Below, piece after piece: positions 28,275 to 36,733 of a stretch of 64,000 bases of DNA. Both the position numbers and the translations under genes were made by a program. The notes beneath the pieces were generated by a model. That model worked only from the letters and a program-made list of their open reading frames with translations. It searched no databases and was not told the DNA's origin. The stretch covers positions 8,745 through 72,744 of the forward strand of contig CANRHH010000008.1 in assembly GCA_947630375.1 (NCBI GenBank). Reading direction: 5' to 3'. Every line of letters starts with the position of its first letter. Position 1 is the first letter of the stretch. The stretch comes from an uncultured Oscillospiraceae bacterium. GTDB taxonomy: Bacteria > Bacillota > Clostridia > Oscillospirales > Oscillospiraceae.

Positions 28275-29642
28275 ATGAGAGATCGAAACATCATCAAGTC
28301 CATAGATGCCGGCAGCCCTCTGCGGCACAAGGCCCGGCCGGGGGATGCGCTGGTCTCCATCAACGGGCACCGGATCCTGGACGTGCTGGACTATAAGTTC
28401 TTCGCCTACGATCCCCGGCTGGAGGTGGTGCTGCGCCGCCCCGGCGGGGAAGAGGTCTGTGTCCACGTGCGAAAAAGCGAGGGCGGGGACCTGGGCCTGG
28501 ATTTTGAGAGCTATCTGATGGACGCGCCCCGCTCCTGCGCCAACAACTGCGTCTTTTGCTTTATCGACCAGCTGCCCAAGGGCATGCGCCCCACGCTGTA
28601 TTTTAAGGATGACGACGCCCGGCTGAGCTTCCTGCTGGGCAACTACATCACCCTTACCAATCTCTCCCCCCGAGAGATCGAGCGGATCATCGCCCTGCGT
28701 GTCAGCCCGGTGAACGTCTCGGTGCATACCACCAACCCGGAGCTGCGCGTCCGGATGCTCCGCAACCCCCGGGCGGGGGAGAGCATCGCCGTGATGCGGC
28801 GGCTGGCAGAGGCGGGCATCACCATGAACTGCCAGATCGTCTGCTGCCCCGGCTTAAACGACGGGGCGGAGCTGCAGCGGACCATGGAGGACCTGGCGGA
28901 GATGTTCCCGGCGGTGCACAGCGTGTCTGTGGTGCCGGTGGGGCTGACCCGGTTCCGGGAGGGGCTCTATCCGCTGACCCCCTTCACGGCGGAGCACGCC
29001 GCCGGGACCATCGATCTGGTCACCGCCTTCGGGGACCGGTGCCTGGAAAAGCTGGGCAGCCGGGTCTTCTTCTGCGGGGACGAGCTGTATCTGAAGGCCG
29101 GGCGGCCTCTGCCGCCGGACGAATTTTATGAGGAGTATACCCAGCTGGAGAACGGCGTGGGGATGCTGCGCCTGATGGAGACGGAGTTTCGCTCCGCCCT
29201 CAAATTGGGGGGAGAGCCGGACGGACGGCCCTTCTCCATCGCCACCGGCACCTCCGCGGCCCCCTTCTTCCGGCAGCTCTTAGAGCTGGCGGAGAAGGAA
29301 TATGGGCAGATCCGGGGCCGGGTCTATCCCATCGAGAACGACTTCTTCGGCCGCAGCATCAACGTGACCGGGCTGGTCACCGGCGGGGACCTGATCCGCC
29401 AGCTGCAGGGGCGGGAGCTGGGAGAGCGCCTGTTTATCTCCTGGAACATGCTCCGGCGCCAGGAGCAGGATTTTTTGGACGATGTGACGCTGGAGGAGGC
29501 CTCTGCCGCCCTGGGCCTGCCGGTGATCCCCACCGAGGCGGACGGCTTTGCGCTGTTCGACGCCATGTGCGGCGTCCTGCCCCGGATCCCCCCGCCGGAC
29601 CGGCGGGAGAGCGGCGAGCAGTATTACCGGTACAATAATTAG
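28275..29642 (+). CDS. DUF512 protein (PDZ-like N-terminus plus a radical-SAM-like core)
   Basis: It has a CANNCVFCF motif and the conserved position upstream of der seen in Clostridia. Confidence 0.8.
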   Translation: MRDRNIIKSIDAGSPLRHKARPGDALVSINGHRILDVLDYKFFAYDPRLEVVLRRPGGEEVCVHVRKSEGGDLGLDFESYLMDAPRSCANNCVFCFIDQLPKGMRPTLYFKDDDARLSFLLGNYITLTNLSPREIERIIALRVSPVNVSVHTTNPELRVRMLRNPRAGESIAVMRRLAEAGITMNCQIVCCPGLNDGAELQRTMEDLAEMFPAVHSVSVVPVGLTRFREGLYPLTPFTAEHAAGTIDLVTAFGDRCLEKLGSRVFFCGDELYLKAGRPLPPDEFYEEYTQLENGVGMLRLMETEFRSALKLGGEPDGRPFSIATGTSAAPFFRQLLELAEKEYGQIRGRVYPIENDFFGRSINVTGLVTGGDLIRQLQGRELGERLFISWNMLRRQEQDFLDDVTLEEASAALGLPVIPTEADGFALFDAMCGVLPRIPPPDRRESGEQYYRYNN

Positions 29643-29657
29643 AATGAGGAGAAAGGC

Positions 29658-30983
29658 ATGGCAAGACCGCTTGTAGCCATAGTGGGCAGGCCCAATGTGG
29701 GCAAATCCCTGCTGTTCAACCGGCTGACCGGGCAGAGGCTGTCCATCGTGGAGGACACCCCGGGCGTCACCCGGGACCGGCTCTATGCCGAGTGCGAGTG
29801 GCGGGGCCGGAAATTTGACCTGGTGGACACCGGGGGCATCGAGCCTCAGACCGACAGCGAGATTTTGCTGTTCATGCGCCGGCAGGCCCAGATCGCCATC
29901 GACGCGGCCACGGTGATCGTCTTAGTGACGGATATCCGCACCGGAGTCACCGCCGCGGACAAGGACGTGGCGAATCTGCTGCTGCGCTCCAAGAAGCCGG
30001 TGGTCTTAGCGGTAAACAAGGCGGACTCCACCGGTACGGTGGACCCGGCGGTCTATGAGTTCTATTCCCTGGGATTAGGGGACCCGATCCCGGTCTCGGC
30101 GGTCCACGGCCACGGCACCGGGGACCTGCTGGACGAGTGTTTCCGCTATTTCCCGCCCCAGGAGCAGGAGGCGGAGGAGGACGACTGCATCAAGGTGGCC
30201 GTCATCGGCAAGCCCAATGTGGGCAAGTCCTCTCTGATCAACCGGATCCTGGGCCAGGACCGGGTCATCGTCAGCGACATGGCCGGCACCACCCGGGACG
30301 CGGTGGACACCCCCTTTGAAAACCGCTTCGGCCGCTACCGGCTGATCGACACCGCCGGCATCCGCCGCAAGTCCCGGGTGGACGAGCGGGTGGAGAAGTT
30401 CTCCGTGCTCCGGGCTCAGATGGCCATTGAGCGGGCCGACGTGTGCCTGGTCCTGATCGACGCCCGGGACGGCGTCACCGAGCAGGACACCAAGATCGCC
30501 GGCCTGGCCCACGAGGCGGGCAAGGCCAGCATCATCGTGGTGAACAAATGGGACCTGGTGGAAAAAGAGACCGGGACCATGGAGAAAATGCGCAAAGACG
30601 TGATGCGGGACCTGAGTTTTATGAGCTACGCGCCGGTGCTCTTTATCTCGGCTCTGACGGGGCAGCGGGTGGACCGGCTTTTTGAGCTGATCAACTTTGT
30701 CAACGACCAGAGCAGTATGCGCATCAGCACCGGGATGCTCAACAACGTTCTGGCGGACGCCCAGGCCCGGGTCCAGCCGCCTACAGACAAGGGCCGCCGC
30801 CTGAAGATCTACTACATGACCCAGACCGGCGTCAAGCCCCCCAACTTTGTGATCTTCTGCAATTCCCGGGAGCTGTTTCACTTCTCCTATCAGAGATATA
30901 TTGAGAACCAGATCCGCGCCGTGTTTGGCCTGGAGGGGACGCCGGTACGCCTTGTCGTGCGGCAGAAAGGGGATAAGGAATGA
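29658..30983 (+). CDS. der: Ribosome-associated GTPase Der (EngA)
   Basis: It has two tandem GTPase domains (GRPNVGKSLLFN and GKPNVGKSSLIN) and a KH-like C-terminus. Confidence 0.97.
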   Translation: MARPLVAIVGRPNVGKSLLFNRLTGQRLSIVEDTPGVTRDRLYAECEWRGRKFDLVDTGGIEPQTDSEILLFMRRQAQIAIDAATVIVLVTDIRTGVTAADKDVANLLLRSKKPVVLAVNKADSTGTVDPAVYEFYSLGLGDPIPVSAVHGHGTGDLLDECFRYFPPQEQEAEEDDCIKVAVIGKPNVGKSSLINRILGQDRVIVSDMAGTTRDAVDTPFENRFGRYRLIDTAGIRRKSRVDERVEKFSVLRAQMAIERADVCLVLIDARDGVTEQDTKIAGLAHEAGKASIIVVNKWDLVEKETGTMEKMRKDVMRDLSFMSYAPVLFISALTGQRVDRLFELINFVNDQSSMRISTGMLNNVLADAQARVQPPTDKGRRLKIYYMTQTGVKPPNFVIFCNSRELFHFSYQRYIENQIRAVFGLEGTPVRLVVRQKGDKE

Positions 30984-31627
30984 ATGTCTATTGGTTCCTG
31001 CTGCTGCCGACGGCGCTGGCGGCCTATCTCTTCGGCAGCCTGAGGTCCACGGTGCTCGCTTCCAACTTTGTTTTTCACAGGAGTCTGGCCCGGCTGGGGA
31101 AGGGCAGCGTGTGGCTGTCCAACTTTCTCCGGCTGTACGGGGTCCCGGGGCTTATCAAGCTGGCCCTGATCGAGCTGGTCAAAGACCTGCTGCCCGTTCT
31201 CATCGGCGGCTGGCTCCTGGGCACGAGGGACCACGCCATCACGGGCCGGGCCTTTGCCGGCTTCTGCACGACGCTGGGGGCGCTCTATCCGGCGTTTTAC
31301 CGGTTCCGGGGCGGGCACGCCGCCGCCTGCGCGGTGGTAGCCGCCATCAGCGTGGAGAGTTCCCTGGGGATCGCCGTGCTCGTGGTGGGGGCCGCGGTGG
31401 CCTGGTTTTCCCGGTATGAGTCGCTGGGTGTGATCGTGGGGGCCCTGGTGCTGGTGGCCGCCTCGATCCTGCTGGTGGACGACCGGCCCGCCATGATCCT
31501 GTGCGTCCTGACCGGGTCCCTGATCCTGCTCAGGCATCTCCCCGCCGCTTTCCGCCTGCTGACAGGCCGGGAAGAGAAATTCAGCCTGAAGGAAGACCTG
31601 AGCTATAAATTTGACGAGAGGTTATGA
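30980..31627 (+). CDS. PlsY-family-like membrane protein with divergent catalytic motifs
   Basis: Its position after der, its length and its TM pattern fit PlsY, and AYLFGS and FRGG resemble PlsY motifs. The SGNxGATN-type motif, however, reads GKGSVWLSN. Confidence 0.6.
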   Translation: MNVYWFLLLPTALAAYLFGSLRSTVLASNFVFHRSLARLGKGSVWLSNFLRLYGVPGLIKLALIELVKDLLPVLIGGWLLGTRDHAITGRAFAGFCTTLGALYPAFYRFRGGHAAACAVVAAISVESSLGIAVLVVGAAVAWFSRYESLGVIVGALVLVAASILLVDDRPAMILCVLTGSLILLRHLPAAFRLLTGREEKFSLKEDLSYKFDERL

Positions 31628-31634
31628 GGGGCAG

Positions 31635-33206
31635 ATGGAACGTCTGGGATCGGAGGCCGGCCGCCTGCTGCGAAAGGCAGTTTTTTGGTTCTATATAAGC
31701 GTTGAAGCGGCCGCCCTGATGGTAGTGCTGCTTTTTCGGGATGGGACAGATTATAGGTTCAAGCTGCTTTATCCGGTCCCGACCTGGCTTTTCCTGCTGG
31801 TAGGGACCGGGGCCGCTGTCCTGTGTGCCCTTCTGCTCCGCCGGTACGGAAGCCTGCTGGAGCGTTTCCGGCCGGCCCTGTTCTTTTTCCTCTTTTTCCT
31901 GGCCCAGGTCTATATCTGCTATAACTGTTATTTTGAGACCGGCTGGGACGTAGAGACGGTGATGATCTACGCCAGGATGCTCTCCGGAGGGGAGAGCTTA
32001 GGGGAAAGCGCGTATTTGAGCAAATATCCGAACAACATTTTTTTGACCTGGCTGCTCACTTCTTTTCTCCGGTTGCACCAGGCGGCCGGCATCCTGGACG
32101 CGGACAGCGGCTCTTCCATGGCTGTGATCGTCGTCCAGTGCGCCTTGTCCTCCTGCACCGGGCTGCTGGTGTGGAAGACGGCCCTGCGGCTCTGGAAGAG
32201 CCCCAAGGCGGCCTGGGCTGCCGCCCTGTTTTACTGTGTTCTGGTGGGAATCTCTCCCTGGATGATGATCCCTTACTCGGATTCTCTGGGCCTGATCATC
32301 CCGATGCTGGCCCTGTACCTGTATCTCTCCATGAAAAATGGGCGGCGTCTGCCATGGAAATGGGCCCTGATAGGGCTGTTGGCCTATTGGGGATACCGGC
32401 TCAAGCCCACATGCGTTATCTGTGTCATTGCGATCGCCGGGGTAGAGGCTTTGAAGCTCCTTGGCGGCGGCCTGACGCTTCTCAAAGAGCGCTGGAAAAG
32501 CCTGGCCGTCTCCGGCGTGGCCTTCGCCGCCGCGATTTTTTTGAGCGGGGGGATATTTTCCTATGTAATGCTGCCCTCCCTGGGCGTGGAGCTGGACAGA
32601 AAAGCGGCCTTTGGCCCCAGCCATTTCTTCATGATGGGGCTGAATGAGACCACAAACGGCTCATTTGACTTTGGGGATGTGATCCTGTCCGAGTCAGCCG
32701 CGACCCGGCAGGAGCGGACCCGGATCGATCTGCAGACGGCCGGAGAGCGGATCCGGGAGAACAAGGAGGGTATGCCGCGGCACACCCTGAAAAAGGCTTT
32801 GGTGAACTTCGGGGACGGGACCTTTGCCTGGAGCTTTGAGGGGAGTTTTTACAAAGAGATCTTCCCGCTCAAAAACAAGGTGATCTCGCCGCTGCTGCGG
32901 GAGATCTATTATCAGGGCGGCCGGTTTTTCGGGCTTTTTGCCGGGTTTGAGCAGTCGGTCTGGCTGTTTGCTCTGCTGGCGCCCTTGGGTCTGCTGTTCA
33001 TACATAAGCGCGGCTTTGGCGACACCGAGACAGTCATGATGCTGTCTTTGTTCGGCCTGACGCTGTTTAATATGCTGTTTGAAGCGAGGGCCCGGTATCT
33101 GTATATCTACGCGCCCTATTATGTCTTGCTTGCCTCCGCCGGATGGTGGGAGGTGCTCACGCGTTTCCGCATCCGCCGGACGAAAACCGCGGCTGCGGCC
33201 GTATAA
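31635..33206 (+). CDS. Polytopic membrane protein, possibly a GT-C-fold glycosyltransferase
   Basis: The 520-530-aa ORF has more than 10 hydrophobic segments and looks like the ArnT/PMT type. The start is ambiguous (TTG 31611 or ATG 31635). Confidence 0.5.
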   Translation: MERLGSEAGRLLRKAVFWFYISVEAAALMVVLLFRDGTDYRFKLLYPVPTWLFLLVGTGAAVLCALLLRRYGSLLERFRPALFFFLFFLAQVYICYNCYFETGWDVETVMIYARMLSGGESLGESAYLSKYPNNIFLTWLLTSFLRLHQAAGILDADSGSSMAVIVVQCALSSCTGLLVWKTALRLWKSPKAAWAAALFYCVLVGISPWMMIPYSDSLGLIIPMLALYLYLSMKNGRRLPWKWALIGLLAYWGYRLKPTCVICVIAIAGVEALKLLGGGLTLLKERWKSLAVSGVAFAAAIFLSGGIFSYVMLPSLGVELDRKAAFGPSHFFMMGLNETTNGSFDFGDVILSESAATRQERTRIDLQTAGERIRENKEGMPRHTLKKALVNFGDGTFAWSFEGSFYKEIFPLKNKVISPLLREIYYQGGRFFGLFAGFEQSVWLFALLAPLGLLFIHKRGFGDTETVMMLSLFGLTLFNMLFEARARYLYIYAPYYVLLASAGWWEVLTRFRIRRTKTAAAAV

Positions 33207-33209
33207 AAA

Positions 33210-33259
33210 ATAGCCTGTGGCCCCGCCGGCGAAGCTTCGCCGGCGGGGCCACAGGCTAT
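33210..33259. terminator. Bidirectional terminator (perfect 23-bp stem)
   Basis: ATAGCCTGTGGCCCCGCCGGCGAAGCTTCGCCGGCGGGGCCACAGGCTAT lies between convergent genes. Confidence 0.85.
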
Positions 33260-33273
33260 AAACGGTCAACGGC

Positions 33274-33666
33274 TTAGAAATGATACACCTTCGGGGGCTC
33301 GGTGAAGGAGGAGATGGTAGCGGTCCCCTTGCGGAGATACCAGACCTCCGTGTTCCCGTCGTCCGGCGAGTACATGGCCTGGAGAGAGGGATAGGCCTCC
33401 AGCATACTCACCCGGGCGTCCCGGTCGTCATCCTCCACGGCGGTGGCCTCCACCCGGATCCAGCTGCCGCCCACCATGGCGCAGAGCTCCAATTTGGGGT
33501 TGGTATGCAGCTGGCGGGAGACGGCCTTGGACTTGCCGGTCTGGATATAGAGCCGGTCCTTATAGATGTGGACGGTGCCGAAGGGACGGACCCGGGGCTG
33601 GCCGTTTTCGCAGGTGGCCAGATAATAGGTCCCCGCCTGCTTCAGAAATTCGTATACTTCTTCCAT
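33274..33666 (-). CDS. Pyridoxamine 5'-phosphate oxidase-like (split-barrel flavin-binding) family protein
   Basis: The YYLATCENGQPRVRPFG...LYIQTGKSK pattern is present. I chose the ATG at 33666, which follows AAGGAGGA, over the longer ORF. Confidence 0.75.
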   Translation of the reverse strand: MEEVYEFLKQAGTYYLATCENGQPRVRPFGTVHIYKDRLYIQTGKSKAVSRQLHTNPKLELCAMVGGSWIRVEATAVEDDDRDARVSMLEAYPSLQAMYSPDDGNTEVWYLRKGTATISSFTEPPKVYHF

Positions 33667-33822
33667 GTTTTCCTCCTTATATGCTTTATACGGGTTCTGT
33701 TCCTTTCCGGTCATGGGAGCGCGGTTTGATCACACAATGTATCATATCATATTTTTCCCCTCATGACAAGCACTTGCCACCGGGCCCGGCGGGGGGTATA
33801 ATAAAACCGAGGTGATGTGAAA

Positions 33823-34491
33823 ATGAGAGTGCTTATCGTGGAAGATGACCCGGTCATTGCCGGCGTCGTAGCCCGGCAGATCGGGGCCTGGGGCTGTGAG
33901 GCCCGCATCGCCCAGGATTTTAAAGACATCACCGGGGAGTTCGCCCGCTATGACCCCCAGCTGGTGCTGCTGGATATCGCGCTGCCCTTTTATAACGGGT
34001 TCTACTGGTGCGGCCAGATCCGCCAGGTCTCCAAGGTGCCTATCATCTTCATATCCTCCGCCGCTGACAACATGAACATCGTGATGGCGGTGAATATGGG
34101 CGCCGATGATTTTATCGCCAAACCCTTTGACCTGGAGGTGCTCACCGCCAAGGTCCAGGCCCTGCTGCGCCGGACCTATGACTTTCAGCTCTCCGGCCGC
34201 CTGCTGGAGCACCGGGGCGTGCTGCTGAACACGGACGACGGCACGGTGAGCTATCAGGGGCGGCGCCTGGAGCTGACGAAGAACGAATACCGGATCATGC
34301 AGATGCTGCTGGAGAACAACGGCCGCATGGTGTCCCGGGAGCGGCTGATGCAGCGGCTGTGGGAGTCGGACAGTTTTGTGGATGAGAATACCCTCAGCGT
34401 CAATGTGGCCCGGCTGCGCAAGAAATTGGAGAGCGCGGGGCTGACAGACTTTATTCTCACCAAAAAAGGCATGGGCTATATCATAGAATAG
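33823..34491 (+). CDS. OmpR-family response regulator (BceR-like)
   Basis: It has a receiver domain (RVLIVEDD, LLDIALP) and a winged-helix output domain (LTKNEYRIMQML...GMGY). Confidence 0.9.
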   Translation: MRVLIVEDDPVIAGVVARQIGAWGCEARIAQDFKDITGEFARYDPQLVLLDIALPFYNGFYWCGQIRQVSKVPIIFISSAADNMNIVMAVNMGADDFIAKPFDLEVLTAKVQALLRRTYDFQLSGRLLEHRGVLLNTDDGTVSYQGRRLELTKNEYRIMQMLLENNGRMVSRERLMQRLWESDSFVDENTLSVNVARLRKKLESAGLTDFILTKKGMGYIIE

Positions 34492-34504
34492 GAAAAATGT
34501 TGGC

Positions 34505-35494
34505 ATGAAACTGTTTTGGGGATATCTCAAAGCCCGGTGGGGGACCGCGGCCCTGGCCGTGCTGCTGTGCGGCCTGTTCCTGCTTTTGGGCTGGGCCGGA
34601 GGTTTGGAGACGGAGCTGCTGTGGTACAGCCTGCTGCTCTGGGCGGCGGTCTGCGCGGCGGGGCTGGCCTGGGGCTTTGCCCGTTATCGGGGGCGGCACC
34701 GGGCCCTGGAGGAGGCCAAGACCCGGCTGCTGCTGACGCCGGACTGCCTGCCCCCGGCGGGGGACCTGCTGGAGGAGGACTATCAAAGCCTGCTGGACCT
34801 GGCCCTGGCCGACCGGGCCCTTCTTCGGACCCAGGCCGACCGGCAGGGCCGGGAGCTGGAGGAGACCTTTGGCCTTTGGGCCCACCAGATCAAGAACCCC
34901 TTGGCCGCGATGCGGCTGATCCTGCAGCAGGGGGAGCCTATCGAGGCCGGGGAGCTGGAGCAGGAGCTGTTCGAGACCGAGCAATACGTGGAGATGGCGC
35001 TGAACTATCTGCGCCTGGGCAGCGAGTCCACAGACTATGTGTTCCGCCCCTGCCCCCTGGACCAGGTTATCCGCCGGGCGGTAAAAAAGTACGCCCGCCA
35101 GTTTATCCGCCGCCGGATCCGCCTGGACTATGAGGGGACGGAGCTGACGGTAGTGACAGACGAGAAATGGCTGGGCTTCGTGCTGGAGCAGCTGCTGTCC
35201 AACGCCCTGAAATATACCCTCTCGGGCAGCGTGTCCATCCGGACCGGGGAGAACAGCCTCACGATCGCGGACACCGGGATCGGCATCGCCCCGGAGGATC
35301 TGCCCCGGGTCTTTGAAAAGGGCTACACCGGCTATAACGGGCGGGCCCAGCAGAAATCCACCGGCCTGGGTCTCTGGCTCTGCCGCCAGGTGCTGAATCG
35401 TCTGGGCCATGAGATCCGCCTCAGCTCCGTCCCCGGCGAGGGCACGGAGGCCACCGTTATCTTCGGCCAGGCAAAGGCGGAGAGCTGGGAGTAA
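34505..35494 (+). CDS. Intramembrane-sensing histidine kinase (BceS-like)
   Basis: It has two N-terminal TM helices with almost no extracellular loop, an H-box (WAHQIKNPLAAM) and an ATPase domain (ADTGIGI, GLGLWLC). Confidence 0.88.
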   Translation: MKLFWGYLKARWGTAALAVLLCGLFLLLGWAGGLETELLWYSLLLWAAVCAAGLAWGFARYRGRHRALEEAKTRLLLTPDCLPPAGDLLEEDYQSLLDLALADRALLRTQADRQGRELEETFGLWAHQIKNPLAAMRLILQQGEPIEAGELEQELFETEQYVEMALNYLRLGSESTDYVFRPCPLDQVIRRAVKKYARQFIRRRIRLDYEGTELTVVTDEKWLGFVLEQLLSNALKYTLSGSVSIRTGENSLTIADTGIGIAPEDLPRVFEKGYTGYNGRAQQKSTGLGLWLCRQVLNRLGHEIRLSSVPGEGTEATVIFGQAKAESWE

Positions 35495-35637
35495 AGAGTT
35501 GACATAATATAATAAAAGGTGTAAAATAAAAACGCCCGAACGGGCAAGGCGCTGCCGTATACGGTGCGCGGTTGGTCCCTCCTGAGATGGAGGGGCAGCT
35601 TCTTTCCCTCCGTCTTTTGTACGAAGGGGGTGATGCT

Positions 35638-35724
35638 GTGCATGTTACATATTCAGAGCTTTTTCAGCTTTGTCTTGTGATCATTGGCATCGTAAATCTG
35701 TTTCTACAGATCAAAAAGAAGTAA
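35638..35724 (+). CDS. 28-codon hydrophobic peptide resembling putative holin-like toxin (Hol-Tox type) small proteins
   Basis: A GTG start lies 7 nt after GAAGGGGGTG. The translation is VHVTYSELFQLCLVIIGIVNLFLQIKKK, and its own terminator lies at about 35775..35803. It is too short for the ORF track, so I found it by hand. Confidence 0.5.
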   Translation: MHVTYSELFQLCLVIIGIVNLFLQIKKK

Positions 35725-35859
35725 CCGCCTGATCCCTTCACAAATCGGCGATTACTTCTCCGCGTTTATGAGGGGCTGACCGCTTACCGGCAGCGCCTTT
35801 TTCTATGCTGAGTATAGCATGAAGAAGGCCGGCTGTCAACTTCCTTTCCCCCACTGAAT

Positions 35860-35875
35860 CTTACAAAACTGTAAG
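35860..35875 (+). promoter_or_regulatory. Inverted repeat CTTACA-N4-TGTAAG, a candidate BceR-type operator upstream of the ABC transporter genes
   Basis: It is a perfect 6-4-6 palindrome about 90 nt upstream of the ATPase start, with a TATACT -10-like hexamer downstream at 35928..35933. Confidence 0.55.
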
Positions 35876-35965
35876 CCAGGGGGCTGAAACCGTAAGGCAG
35901 GGAAATGGCGGAAGCTTTTTTTCCGCGGTATACTTTTTTCAAACGGAAAAAGGAGACATACGCTT

Positions 35966-36733
35966 ATGCCTATGCTGGAAGTAAACAATCTGAAAAAAGT
36001 ATACACCACCCGCTTCGGCGGCAGCAGCGTCCAGGCGCTGACCAACGTGAGCTTCACGGTGGAGCAGGGGGAGTATGTGGCCATCATGGGGGAGTCCGGC
36101 TCCGGGAAGACGACGCTGCTGAACATCCTGGCCACGCTGGACAAGCCCAGCTCCGGCAGCGTCCTGCTCAACGGCCAGGACCTGGCGGCCATTCGGGAGC
36201 GGGACGCGGCGGCCTTCCGCCGGGACAACCTGGGCTTTGTGTTCCAGGATTTCAACCTGCTGGATACCTTCTCCGTCCGGGACAATATTTTTCTGCCTCT
36301 GGTCCTGTCCGGCAAAAAGTACGACGAGATGAGCCGCCGGCTCCAGCCCATTGCCCAGAAGCTGGGCATTGCGGACATCCTGGGCAAGTTCCCCTATGAG
36401 ATCTCCGGCGGCCAGAAGCAGCGGACCGCCGTGGCCCGGGCCCTGATCACCGGTCCCCAGCTGATCCTGGCGGACGAACCCACCGGGGCCCTGGACTCCA
36501 AGGCCACCGACCAGCTGCTGCGGCTGTTCGGCAGCATCAACGGCGAGGGGCAGACCATCCTCATGGTGACCCACTCGGTAAAGGCCGCCAGCCACGCCAA
36601 GCGGGTCCTGTTTATCAAGGACGGCCAGGTGTTCCACCAGCTGTACCGGGCCCAGCTCAGCGAGAGCGAGATGTTCGGCCGCATTTCCGACGCCTTAACG
36701 GTGCTCCAGAGAGGCGGGGATGACCGTGCGTAA
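35966..36733 (+). CDS. ABC transporter ATP-binding protein (BceA/MacB-type)
   Basis: Walker A (GESGSGKTTLLN), the signature motif (ISGGQKQR) and Walker B (LILADEPTGALD) are present. Confidence 0.93.
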   Translation: MPMLEVNNLKKVYTTRFGGSSVQALTNVSFTVEQGEYVAIMGESGSGKTTLLNILATLDKPSSGSVLLNGQDLAAIRERDAAAFRRDNLGFVFQDFNLLDTFSVRDNIFLPLVLSGKKYDEMSRRLQPIAQKLGIADILGKFPYEISGGQKQRTAVARALITGPQLILADEPTGALDSKATDQLLRLFGSINGEGQTILMVTHSVKAASHAKRVLFIKDGQVFHQLYRAQLSESEMFGRISDALTVLQRGGDDRA

